Shown: positions 51,601-61,400 of the stretch, one piece after another
Layout: the number at the start of each line of letters is the position of its first letter
Numbering within the stretch: the stretch's first letter is position 1
Assembly (NCBI GenBank): GCA_041751895.1
Contig: JBGSID010000048.1
Location: 68,403-132,402 of the forward strand
Length of the DNA stretch: 64,000 nt
Reading direction: 5' to 3'
Source: Lysobacteraceae bacterium
GTDB lineage: Bacteria; Pseudomonadota; Gammaproteobacteria; Xanthomonadales; Xanthomonadaceae
Notes under the pieces: generated by a model
The model's database searches: none
What the model was told of the DNA's origin: nothing
What the model saw: the letters and a program-made list of their open reading frames with translations, nothing else
Made by a program: the position numbers and the translations under genes

Positions 51601-54600
51601 CGAGATCTCCACAGTCGTACCGGCCGCAGCTGTCGCGGCAACAGCGCATGTGACTGCAGCGCCCGTGTCGGCAGCGATGCCGGTCTCTGTGTCACTGCCG
51701 GCCCTCGTGACGGCACCTGCTGCTGTTTCCACGCCACGACTGTCACGTGCCGATCTGTTGCGCGGCCTGCGGGAAAGTCTGGCGCAGGCGCTCTATCTGA
51801 AGCCGAGCGACATCCAGAACGACAAGCCGTTCATCGAGTTGGGTCTGGATTCGATCGTGGGCGTGGAGTGGATCAGCGAGATCAACAAGGCGTACGGCAT
51901 CAAGCTCACCGCCGCGCGACTCTACGACTACCCATGTCTCGACGAGTTGGCGTCGCATCTCGAAGGCGAGATCGCCACGCTCGCGCCCGTTCCTGTGCCG
52001 ACACCCGTGCCGGCAACACAGCCCGTGTCAGTGGCCGTGGCGCCCGTGTCGGTGCAGGTATCTGCGCCCACTGTATCGGTTCCGCGCTTCTCGCGGGCTG
52101 ATCTGCTGCGCGGCCTTCGGGAAAGTCTGGCGCAGGCGCTTTTCCTGAAGCCGAGCGACATTGCGAACGACAAACCGTTCATCGAGCTGGGTCTGGATTC
52201 GATCGTCGGCGTGGAGTGGATCAACGAGATCAACAAGGCCTACGGCATCAAGCTCGCCGCCGCGCGCCTTTACGACTACCCCTGCCTTGATGAGCTGGCG
52301 ACCCATCTCGAAGGTGAACTCGTCATGGACGCGCCGGTTCCGACGCAGCCCGTTCCTGCGCCAACGCCGGCATCGACTTCTGCCTCGGTACCGCAGCCGA
52401 ACGTGAAGCCGACGCTTGCGAGAATGGCGGGACGACGTCGCCTGGAGCGACGCTCGGGCGCGAAGCCTGCAACAGCACGCAATACCGCTGCAGAAGGCTC
52501 CGGCCGGCAAGGCTCCGGCAGGATTGCCGTGGTCGGCATGTCCGGTCGTTATCCGCAGGCCAACGATCTGACCCAGTTCTGGACCAACCTGTCCGAAGGT
52601 CGCAACGCGATCACCGAAGTGCCGCCATCCCGCTGGGATGTCGAAAAGTACTACGACCCCGATCCGCGCAAGGAAGGCAGCATCTATTGCAAATGGATCG
52701 GCATGCTCGATGACATCGAGTCGTTCGATCCCTTGTTCTTCCGCATTTCGCCTGCGGAAGCCAAGAACATGGATCCGCAGCACCGCATGTTCCTCGAAGA
52801 GAGCTATCACGCGTTCGAACATGCCGGGTACGCCAGGCAATCGCTCAGCAATACCAAATGCGGCGTCTATGTCGGAATCATCGGCAGCGAGTATGCGTCG
52901 CTCGTGCCGAACTCGGTCGATATCACCGGCACCAATCCGGCGATCGGCGCGGCTCGCATCGCGTACTTCCTCAATCTGAAAGGACCGGCGATTTCCATCG
53001 ACACGGCCTGTTCGGCGTCGCTGGTCGCCATCCATCTGGCCTGCAAGGCACTGCTCGCCCACGAAACGGACATGGCCCTTGCCGGCGGCGTCAGCATCTA
53101 TCTGCATGCCGAAACCTACATGGGCATGTGCAAGGCCGGCATGCTCTCGCCCGATGGCCAGTGCCACACCTTTGACGACGGCGCGAATGGTTTCGTGCCC
53201 GGCGAAGGCGTTGGCGCGGTGGTGCTGAAACGACTGGAGGATGCCGAGCGCGACAACGACGTGATCCATGGCGTGATCATCGGTTCGGCGATCAATCAGG
53301 ACGGCAAGACCAACGGCATCACCGCACCGAGCGTGAAGAGCCAGATCGAGCTCGAGCGCGGTCTCTATGCGCTCAACGACATCGATCCGGAGACGATCAC
53401 TTACGTTGAAACGCACGGCACCGGCACCAGGCTCGGCGATCCGATCGAACTGGAAGCGCTGTCCACCGTGTTCCGTGAACGGACGCAGAAGAAGCATTAC
53501 TGCGCCCTCGGTTCGGTGAAGAGCAACATCGGTCATACCTCGGGCGCGGCAGGCGTGGCGAGCGTGCAGAAGGTGCTGCTGTGCATGCGTCACCGCACCT
53601 TGGTGCCGAGCTTGAACGTGAAGAAAGAGAACACCCTGTTCGACATGGACGACTCGCCGTTTTATGTCTCGCGCACGACGCAGGCGTGGGAAAGCAGGGA
53701 TGGCATGCCGCGCCGCGCCGCCGTGAGTTCCTTCGGTTTCAGCGGCACCAATGCGCATCTCGTCATCGAGGAATACGTCGCGCCTGCCGTTGCCGCATCG
53801 AACCGGTCTGCCGTTCCGTTGCCCGTGACGCTGTCGGCGCGGACGGCGGACCAGCTCCGGCGTCGTGCGAGGGATCTGCTCGATTTCATCGGATCGAATC
53901 GGCACAACGGATCGCTGGATCTCGCGGCGATGGCCTACACCTTGCTGGAAGGCCGCGAAGCGCTCGACGAACGACTGGCGCTGGTCGTGCAGTCGACGGA
54001 TGCGCTCGAAACCGGATTGAAGGCGTATCTCGACGGCGAGACGGATGCATCGACCTGGTTCGCCGGCAGAGTACAGCGCGACGAAGACGGCCTACCGCGA
54101 ACAGCGGCAGGCGGAAAGCTGCTGGCCGATTCGGCGAATGTCGTCGCCACGTTGGCCCAGTCTTGGGTGCGGGGCGATGCCTTGACCTGGGCCATGTTGA
54201 ACGTTAAGACGCCGGTTCACCGCATGGCGTTGCCCACCTACCCGTTCGCCGCAAAGCGTTACTGGGTGGATCCGTCCGTGTCCATGAACACGGTCGTATC
54301 CGCGCCTGCGCAGCAGGCTTCGAATCAGCAGGCTTCGAACCAACAGGTCTCGATCCATCACGTACTGACGTCCGAACCGTCTGTGCCGCACGTGTCCACG
54401 CCGCAGCAGCGCACCTATCGCGTGGACATGGCGGCGATCGCTGCGTATGCACGTGCGGGGGATGGCCCGGTACCGGCTGCTGCATTCCTGGAAGTCGCGC
54501 GCGTGGCACTGGCCGAACACACGGGGCATGCCGGCATCTCGGTGCTGGGTGAGGTGGCCTGGGGGCAGCCTTTGATGCCCACGCTCAACCGTGAAGCCCA

Positions 54601-55276
54601 CATCACGATCTTCCAGCAGCAAGCGCACCAGTTGGCATTCGAGATTCACAGCCTCGTGCGCGGAGCGCAGGGCGTCTCAGGCGAGCAGGTCCATTGCCAG
54701 GGCCTTGCGCTTGCCGCAGCGCCGCAGGCGTTGCCACGGGTGGATCTGGCCGCGCTGCGCGGCCGGTTGACGGCCGTGGTGCGATCGGACGACGAAGATC
54801 GCATCGAGACGCTGCTTCGCGGCAACCGTGAACTTCTGGTGTGTCTGCGCCAGCAAACGCAGGCCGGCGTGCGGTCATTCGACGGGCGCTCCGATCAGAT
54901 CGATGCGGCTCTGCGCTCCGCAGCATGGCTCACCAGCCGCGATGCGGTTGCACTGCGGGATTGTGCTTTGCCCGACGCACTCGCATCGCTGCGCGAGATC
55001 GCCAACGGCGTGACTCCCGCATGGCGCTGGGCCTGGGTCAGGGTGGTTGCGGGGAATCCCCGCAAACCGGAGGCGATGGTGGTCGATATCGACCTGTGCG
55101 ATGCCGATGGCGCGGTCGCCCTGCGTCTGGAGGGCGTGACCTACGACCGGCTCACCGCCGCTACGGCAACAGGAGCTGTCGGCCATGTACTGCCGGCCCT
55201 TCCCGTCGCGCAGGCATCGCTGCCCGCTCCTGCCACGACAGAACGCCGTCGTATCGCGCTCGCCGAAGTGCAATGA
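45650..55276 (+). CDS. trans-AT PKS: ECH-ECH-ECH-ACP-ACP-KS-DH0-ACP-ACP-ACP-KS-DH0
   Basis: Three crotonase folds; the third has YFATGG and GHAVGGG. ACPs GLDSITGVTW x2 and GLDSIVGVEW x3. KS ETACS and DTACS, each with HGTGT. Both DHs are degenerate. Confidence 0.9.
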   Translation: MEAMDAVRVIDQGEGVFVLRFNDAAGGNRLTRVLAKALKDALVTLASMSGLRVLVIEGGDDVFLCGDRDDLDVAMAEGLYRALNEFPSTVVAAMCGSAAGAGFLFASLCDHIVCNRDAEYGYTHTGEGLVPGAAEFNLFAARFGFPEAKDLLYRLPMATARERFGRGWTCRIEAAEAVVDRAHLLARDLAAHAGNALTLLLKQRRSRLAVPLQAWLPGHALDKRMANDAHGDELPEHSDFLAFERPVPGVLLVRIDGQSRGGDALQLVQALESLIDALHVAPIGVRALVLTSVYSGILPAASDDVLLAATHRLHALAQRSKLPIIMALPAETDCRGWLLGQCFDDVVHSEEGVFSVADLASAGPEWIALAAASFASRLGPIAARGMVLATDKYSGKSLKARFKTLDVVPQDQVEPQAIALAAAWAAWPDGVIAELRNTAFAPMSVNADEYSVEPVSTSCAAPGTLNIASPVVQATLDADGIVSVHMSDREAKNLFTPEIVQGLEDVFAQVATNDACKVVVLTGYDRYFATGGTRESLQAIQSGRAQFTDAPVFVSALRCPVPVVACMQGHAVGGGLSLGLFADFALFSAESQYLNPYLRYGFTPGGGATLIVPEILGPDLGNESLCTAQEYAGNELLARNPALAVYPRAEINEQAMALAQRLVRHPRAMLVALKAYLNRSIFDRLDAVFQQEVAMHAQSFVGQSDALERIHAHFGPDAVATPGDASNLTNENDTMATSSLGATAAQPPTRDEIISELRTLLAQELHLQEHEIGESVAFVDLGLDSITGVTWVKKINTRFGTDLHATRVYSHPTLAAMTTLVEESLPASTTAAAQSPVPAPARVPDTAQPPKQTVAPAAPRVKIAPLTAEVPAQRPSRTDIIGELRTLLAQELHLQEHEIGESVAFVDLGLDSITGVTWVKKINTRFGIDLHATRVYSHPTLAAMATLVEELLPSSAAVAVTAPARAAETPQPQPQPPKQTPAPAAKVALAEMPSDIKRDANTSTEWARLLQARGPLTSLRESPAVHSHARHADEIAIIGMAGQFPQARNVDEYWTNLAEGRLCVGEVPRERWDMAPYYQPGDVVPGKVNAKWMGSLADHDCFDPMFFDISPREALSMDPQQRLFLQTCWHTVEHAGYNPRALSGSRCGVFVGCGYGDYHLLSSELQNSALGFSGNDTSILAARVSYFLNLQGPCLAVETACSSSLVAIAMACDNLVNGTCDAALAGGVGIIATPHLLLKMAQSGMLSPDGRCFTFDQRANGFVPGEAVGAVLMKRVADAERDGDTILGVIRGWGVNQDGKTNGITAPNPDAQARLHQDVHARFGIDPAGIQLVEAHGTGTKLGDPIEVEALKRAFSTAAKTADACALGSVKSNIGHCFTAAGIASVIKVVLSLQHRKLVPTINFERLNEHIDLKGSPFYVNDRLREWSAPASGSRMAAVSGFGFGGTNAHLVIGEYVAKTAATTESDALRRFGKLPILLSARTAEQLDAQVQQLLDLVASRGTGIELTELAYTLQIGREAMDERLGVMAGSTDELVQLLRRHISGDSNTGKVFRASVREHRKTMGFLLSDADMREVVIDRLLKQSQLSRLLELWTQGLVVDWNRLYGGVHPKRLGLPGYPFARQRYWIDAASTDEHSAGAAKLHPLLHRNVSTLRQHGYASTFHGTESFLEHPEGGEAGTLPASAFLEMARAAVQQAWDGEACVGWNLTDIAWGDAYVAGPAAPTLSVALLPETDDSIDFEIYSEVDGIERIHCMGRAEVVVDTNANLAAALAGRQISVDLPDLGLAQDEDVVLHPWLIESVVRAVVQSGAGSVWSGQPVLPASMTALWVSAPCRGSLTAWVEWEADTEHRLSVALFDAQGQLCAKWSGLQMATTTEGALLPLQSNLDTVSAPSIPVPAPALALPAPRLSRADLLRGLRDSLAQALFLKPSDIANDKPFIELGLDSIVGVEWINEINKAYGIKLAAARLYDYPCLDELATHLEGEISTVVPAAAVAATAHVTAAPVSAAMPVSVSLPALVTAPAAVSTPRLSRADLLRGLRESLAQALYLKPSDIQNDKPFIELGLDSIVGVEWISEINKAYGIKLTAARLYDYPCLDELASHLEGEIATLAPVPVPTPVPATQPVSVAVAPVSVQVSAPTVSVPRFSRADLLRGLRESLAQALFLKPSDIANDKPFIELGLDSIVGVEWINEINKAYGIKLAAARLYDYPCLDELATHLEGELVMDAPVPTQPVPAPTPASTSASVPQPNVKPTLARMAGRRRLERRSGAKPATARNTAAEGSGRQGSGRIAVVGMSGRYPQANDLTQFWTNLSEGRNAITEVPPSRWDVEKYYDPDPRKEGSIYCKWIGMLDDIESFDPLFFRISPAEAKNMDPQHRMFLEESYHAFEHAGYARQSLSNTKCGVYVGIIGSEYASLVPNSVDITGTNPAIGAARIAYFLNLKGPAISIDTACSASLVAIHLACKALLAHETDMALAGGVSIYLHAETYMGMCKAGMLSPDGQCHTFDDGANGFVPGEGVGAVVLKRLEDAERDNDVIHGVIIGSAINQDGKTNGITAPSVKSQIELERGLYALNDIDPETITYVETHGTGTRLGDPIELEALSTVFRERTQKKHYCALGSVKSNIGHTSGAAGVASVQKVLLCMRHRTLVPSLNVKKENTLFDMDDSPFYVSRTTQAWESRDGMPRRAAVSSFGFSGTNAHLVIEEYVAPAVAASNRSAVPLPVTLSARTADQLRRRARDLLDFIGSNRHNGSLDLAAMAYTLLEGREALDERLALVVQSTDALETGLKAYLDGETDASTWFAGRVQRDEDGLPRTAAGGKLLADSANVVATLAQSWVRGDALTWAMLNVKTPVHRMALPTYPFAAKRYWVDPSVSMNTVVSAPAQQASNQQASNQQVSIHHVLTSEPSVPHVSTPQQRTYRVDMAAIAAYARAGDGPVPAAAFLEVARVALAEHTGHAGISVLGEVAWGQPLMPTLNREAHITIFQQQAHQLAFEIHSLVRGAQGVSGEQVHCQGLALAAAPQALPRVDLAALRGRLTAVVRSDDEDRIETLLRGNRELLVCLRQQTQAGVRSFDGRSDQIDAALRSAAWLTSRDAVALRDCALPDALASLREIANGVTPAWRWAWVRVVAGNPRKPEAMVVDIDLCDADGAVALRLEGVTYDRLTAATATGAVGHVLPALPVAQASLPAPATTERRRIALAEVQ
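47890..48505 (+). repeat. Two near-identical beta-branching ACP coding repeats
   Basis: Two ~230-nt copies encoding ELRTLLAQELHLQEHEIGESVAFVDLGLDSITGVTW. Confidence 0.85.
51370..52325 (+). repeat. Three near-identical beta-branching ACP coding repeats
   Basis: Three ~240-nt copies encoding SRADLLRGLR.SLAQAL.LKPSDI.NDKPFIELGLDSIVGVEW. Confidence 0.85.
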
Positions 55277-55402
55277 AACGCAGTCCGCACAATCGCCGGC
55301 ACGGCGCCCGTATGCCAGTAGAGGCATCGGCGCCATCCCGGATTCCGCTCCCGCTGTTTTCGCCAATGCCCCCGGCACGGCTCACCACATGCTGATTCCC
55401 TC

Positions 55403-58400
55403 ATGACCGTTCTCCCCCCCACACATCGCAACACGCTTCCCTCTCCAAGCCGCGTCATCCTTGAAGACCAAGGGCAAGGCATCCTGTCGATCCGACTGGT
55501 CCGCGATGACAGCGCGGCGGCGGTCGGATCGGATGCGATCACGCTGCTGCAAGATGCCCTGAAGGCTGCTGCGGCACGCGATTCGCTGAAGGTCGTTCTG
55601 CTTGCGGGTCTCGACGATGTGTTTTCCGGTGGAGACAGGGCGCTCGGGAATGCGGTGATCGATCGCGGGCTCACCGAAGCACTGGCCGGTTTTGCCTATC
55701 CGTTGATCGCCGAAATGTCCGGCGATGGCGTGGGGCCGGCACTGTTGCTGGCGGGATTGTGCGACGTCATGGTGTGCAGTGAATCGGCGCACTACGGTTG
55801 GTCGGCGGACAACGCCGGATCGAACTTTCCATCACCTGCGGAATACGACCTGGCCGAGGCACGTTTCGGTGCCGTGCTGGCCGCTGAACTGCTGACCGGC
55901 GCCCAAGTCCAGACCGGGCTCGCATTGCGTGACAAAGGCTGGTGCTGCCCGGTGGTTCCCGAGGGGGAGGTGGCGGCTCATGCCCGCGCGCTCGCCGCAC
56001 AATTGGCGAACAAGTCGCAGGACAGTCTGCGCCTGCTCAAACAACACCTCGCGCGACCGCTTCATGACAGAAGCCGGGCACTGGTCTGCTGCAATCTCGA
56101 ATCGATGGCGGCCACGCCGGCCACGTTGCCGAAAACGCTCGGCAAGCATGTGGCCCTGCGCGATCAGGATGGCCAGATCCTGGTGCTGACGCTCAGGCGC
56201 GGCGGCAAGAAACACGACACGCGGGCGATGGCGCAGGAGTTGCAGGCGACGTTCGAACGCAGCGAAATCCGCTCCGGCTATCGCGCGATCGTCATCGCCA
56301 GCGAGTATCCGGGCTTTCTTCCCGAAGCCGATGCATCGGTGGCGGACGACGAACTGCACGAATTGATGCAGGCCTTGCTGACCGCGCCGCTGCCGGTGGT
56401 CGCGATGGCCGGTGCCGCGCTGGAAGGCAAAGCCTGGCTTGCCGTGCAGTGCTGCGATGCCGTCGTTTATCAGGACGATGGCCGCTACGACGCCTCCACC
56501 TTGTTGTCTTCTTCCGCATCAGCGGGTCGCGCTGCCCTGTTGTTCGCCCTGCGTCTGGGCGGTGAGGCGGCACGCGAGATCCTGATGACGGGTGCGAGCT
56601 GGAGTGGGGTGCAATTGCTGGCCCGCTCGCCGGTGCAGGTGTCCGTTCCACGGGCGAAGGCCACGGACGCGGCCCTGCTGCGTGCCCACGGTTGGACGCG
56701 CTGGCCTCATGCCGCCGTGCTGTTGTGGAAATCAGCGCGTGCCAAGACCCTCAACGATGCGTTTGCCGCACAGGCGCACGGCATCGATGTGTTGCCCGAC
56801 GCCGCTGCGCCGAGCACTCAGGATGCTCAGGCGAACAGCCCGCTCGACATCGCGCTTGATTCGACCGTGGTATCCGCCACGCTTCACCCGGGTGGCATCG
56901 TCGAAGTGGTCATGCATGACCGGGCTTCGAAGAACATGATGTCTCCGGCGTTGGTCGAGGGCATGGCCGAGGCTTTCGCGTACATCGCGGCGACGCCGGC
57001 CTGCAAGGCGGTGGTGCTGACCGGCTACGACACCTATTTCTGCTCCGGCGGCACCAAGGACGCCCTCCGCGCGATCCAGGAAGGCTCGGTCATCTTTACG
57101 GATGACCGCACATTCCGTCTGCCGCTGGACTGCACGGTGCCGGTCATCGCCGCGATGCAGGGACATGGCATTGGCGCGGGCCTGTCGCTGGGCCTCTATT
57201 GCGATTTCCCGCTGCTCAGCGAGGAGAGTCATTACGTCAGCCCGTACATGGGCTATGGCTTCACGCCGGGCGTCGGTGCCACGCTGATCGTTCCGGAACG
57301 CTTCGGCCAGGATCTCGCACGTGAAACGCTGCTGACCGCCTGCGAATACGAGGGCTGCGCGGTACAGGCGCGTGGCGTGCCGCTCGCGGTGCTCGAACGG
57401 AAACAAGTGCGCGACGCTGCGATGTCGCTTGCCCGGCGTCTGGCGCGCCAGCCGAAGTCCGGTCTGGCGCTCATGAAGTCGTATCTCAATCAATCGTTGC
57501 GCGATCGCCTGGATACGATCTGCGAGCAGGAAGTGGCCATGCATGCCGCCACCTTCGTCGGTCGCGCCGATACCCTGGCCCAGATCGAAGCAGTGTTCGG
57601 GCGGGGAGAGGAGGGCAAGGCACGTCCCGTCACTGCACCGGCCGCTGTGGCCACGAGCGAGGTCTCGCTGTACTCGGTCCGGCACACGTTGATGCATATG
57701 CTGGCGAAGGAACTGCATCTGGAAGACGACGAGATCGACGTCGAGATGCAGTACACCGATCTCGGACTCGACTCCATCACCGGTGTGACCTGGATCCGCA
57801 AGGTCAATGAACATTACGGGCTGTCGCTCGACGCCACCATCGTCTACACCTACCCGACGGTGTCGAAGCTCGCACAACACGTCAAAACGTTGATCGAATC
57901 CCGTGATGCGGAGCAGGCCACGCCGGATCTCGCCGAACTGCAGACCGCCAAGCTGCGCGCGTTCGGACAAGGAGACACCGCAGCCCACACGGCAAGCAAG
58001 GCACCCGTCATCGTTCTGGCCGAAGTGGACACGACCACGTCGCCGGCTGTTGCCGCGAGCGGCAAGGTGTCGCTGTCCTCGCTCTCCGAGCCAGTGCTTT
58101 CTCCGTCACCGGTTTCAACGCCCACGATTTCTCAGCAGGTCGTCTCTCAGCAGACCGTCTCCCTGTCCTCTATTGCTCCGCCATCGGGCGCGCAACCCAC
58201 GATCTCCCCGACGACGCACGCTCAAGTCGCAATCTCGCTGTCTTCGATCCGCAGCACCCTCACGCATCTGCTGGCCAGAGAATTGCATCTGGAGGATGAC
58301 GAGACCGATCCGGAGATGCAGTACACCGATCTCGGACTCGACTCCATCACCGGCGTGACCTGGATCCGCAAAGTCAACGAGCACTATGGGCTATCGCTCG

Positions 58401-61400
58401 ACGCGACCATCGTCTATACCTATCCGACGGTTTCGAAGCTCGCACAACACGTCAAGACGTTGGTGGAGTCCCGCGACGCCGAACAGGCCACGCCGGATCT
58501 GGCGGAACTGCAGACGCGGAAGCTGCGTGCGTTCGGAAGCGGTGAGACGGCCGGCCATGTGGCCGGCAAGGCGCCCGTCATCGTTCTGGCGGAAATGGAC
58601 ACGGCCGCGTCGTCGGCAAGCACAGCAAACAGTCAAGAATCCCAGACACCGGTCCCGGTGTCCTCAGCTTCGCTGTCTTCGATCCAGGAGACCCTTGCAC
58701 GTCTTCTGGCCAGAGAACTGCATCTGGAGATCAGCGAAGTCGATCCGGAGACCCAATACACCGACCTCGGGCTCGACTCGATCACCGGTGTGACCTGGAT
58801 GCGCAAGGTCAACGAACACTACGGGCTGTCGCTCGATGCCACCATCGTCTACACCTATCCGACGCTGTCGAAGCTCGCGCAGCATGTGAAGACGCTGGTC
58901 GATACCCGCGACCTCGAACATGCCACGCCTGATCTGGCGGAATTGCAGACCCGCAAGCTGCGTTCGTTCCGGGATGAAGACGTCGCTGTCCAAGGCAACA
59001 GAATCGTTCTGGCCGAAACCGGCGGCATGCCCGTCGTTGCGGTGCCGACACCGACGCCTGAGCCAGCGCGGACCATGCTGGTCTCACTGTCGCAGACCAC
59101 CGACATGGCCGTCCGGGAGACGTCCGCCGCAGCCGACGCTCCTTTCCGGCAGCTGATGTCGTGGCGGCAGGGCCCCACCGCCCAGTCCGGAACGGAGATG
59201 ATCCGGACAGCGGCACCATCGGTGCCGGAAGACATCGCCGTGATCGGCATGGCCGGTCAGTTCCCCATGGCCCGCGATCTCGAAACCTTCTGGCAGAACC
59301 TGCAGTCCGGCCTCAATTGCATCCAGGAAGTCTTGCCCGAGCGTTGGGACGTGTACGCCCACTACCAGCCCGGACAACCGGCCGAAGGCAAGACCAATTC
59401 CAAGTGGCTGGGCCAGTTGGAAGACTACGATCGCTTCGATCCGTTGTTCTTCAACATCTCGCCTGCCGAAGCGCGCGCGATGGATCCACAGCAGCGCATG
59501 TTCCTCGAAGCGTGCTGGCACAGCATCGAGCACGCCGGCTATGACCCGAAGACGCTGGCGGGGAGCCGTTGTGGTGTTTTCGTCGGTGCCGCAGGGAACG
59601 ACTACAGCCAGCTTTCGCGCAAGATCGCGCAGAGCGCGTACGGCTTCACCGGGAATGCCTGTTCGATTCTTGCCGGGCGCATTGCCTATTTCCTGGATCT
59701 CCAGGGCCCCTGCATCACGCTGGACACGGCGTGTTCGGCATCGCTGGTGGCCATCGCGACGGCCTGTGACAGCCTGAGTGCCGGCAACAGCGATATCGCC
59801 TTGGCCGGCGGAGTGTATGTCGGTGCGGGTCCGTCGTTGCACATCATGACCGCGCAGTCGGGAATGCTCTCGCAGGATGGCCGCTGTCATACCTTCGATC
59901 ACCGCGCCAATGGCTTCGTGCCCGGCGAAGCGGTGGGGGTGGTGATGCTCAAGCGGCTCTCCGACGCAGAACGCGACGGCGACATCATCCATGCGGTAGT
60001 GCGTGGTTGGGGTGTGAACCAGGATGGCCGCACCAACGGAATCACGGCCCCCAACCCGGCATCGCAAACCCGCCTGATGCAGGACGTGTATCGCCGTCAT
60101 CGCATCGATCCCGCCGAGATCCAGTTGATCGAGGCGCACGGCACAGGGACGCCGCTCGGTGATCCCATCGAGATTCGCGGTTTGATCGATGCCTTCGGAA
60201 AAACGACGTCGACCACGCCGTACTGTGCACTCGGTTCGGTGAAAGACAGCATCGGCCATTGCCTGACCGCTGCCGGCGTCTCCGCTTTCATCAAGGCGGT
60301 CCTTGCCCTGGAACACCGGCAACTGCCCCCGATGAGCCATTTCGAACGTCTGAACGAGCACATCCGACTGGAGGGCAGCCCGTTCTACGTGAACACCTCG
60401 CTTCAGGACTGGGTGCCGCGCGATGGTGCGAGGCGCCACGTCGCGGTCAGTGCCTTCGGCTACAGCGGAACGAACGCACACATCGTGCTCGGCGAATACA
60501 CCGGGCAGCCGCGCAAGTCTGCGGTGCAGCTGCCGCCAGCCTTCATCGTGCCGCTTTCGGCCAAGGCTCCGGCGCAGCTCATGGAGGTTGCGCGTGCCCT
60601 GCTGATGTTCATCCAGCGCGATGGCGATGTGGCGCTTTCGGAGCTGGCCTACACACTGCAGGTCGGTCGCACGCCGATGGAAGAACGGCTGGGTTTCGTG
60701 GTCGTCTCGATGGCACAGCTCGCCGAGCGACTGCAGGCCTATCTGGCGGGTCAACGCGACCTGCCGGACTTCAGTGCCGGACAAGTGCAGAAGAACCGCG
60801 AGAGCCTGAGCCTGATCGACCAGGACGAGGAGTTCAAGGACGCGCTGCTCGAACGCTGGATGGAACAGAAGAAGTACCCGCAGTTGCTGAAACTGTGGGC
60901 CAAGGGCATGACGCTGGACTGGAACCGCCTGTACGGCACGGAAAAGCCGCGACGCATCACGCTGCCGACCTATCCGTTTGCCCGCGAGCGCTACTGGATC
61001 GACGAGCCCGATGCAGTGCAGGGCACCGTGTCGGTGGCAACGTCATTGGCCGCAACGCCAGCGACCGCCGCGCCCGTCAGAGAGGAAGCGCCCGTTCGCC
61101 TGTTGTTCGAGGAACGTTGGGTGATCGATGACGGTGGAGCCCATGCGGCGCGCCACATCGAGGACCACCCGCGTGACGTCATCCTGATCGCGTCCGCCGA
61201 TACCGGTTGGACCTTGCCCGGTGCATCGCGCATCGATGCTGTTTCCGGTCTGGTGGCGGCCGTCGATCGAGCTTATGCCCTGTCCGGGCGGCCGGTGTCG
61301 GTGGTCTGCGCCACGGCACGGGGCCGCCAGCGCGACGGCATTCACGTGTTGTTCGACCTGTTCAAACAGGTCAAGGCATGTGCCGACCGGGTCAGCGATG

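Noticed and set aside
54311-54355. QQASN x3 microrepeat (also AVNNS x2 near 27925-27955)
   Set aside because: Short slippage repeats in PKS linkers with no sign of function.
55277-55420. Possible broken single gene or phase-variable C7 tract between the last two PKSs
   Set aside because: Both genes share a frame but two stops intervene (55274, 55319). The upstream protein ends in the same tail motif as the previous PKS and the downstream one has a parallel ECH start, so a natural split is more likely. Seven C's is too short to argue phase variation.
47890-58975. Long direct repeats as a possible CRISPR array or mobile element
   Set aside because: The units are 230-300 nt in-frame ACP duplications with diverged codons and linkers. 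No cas or transposase genes are present.
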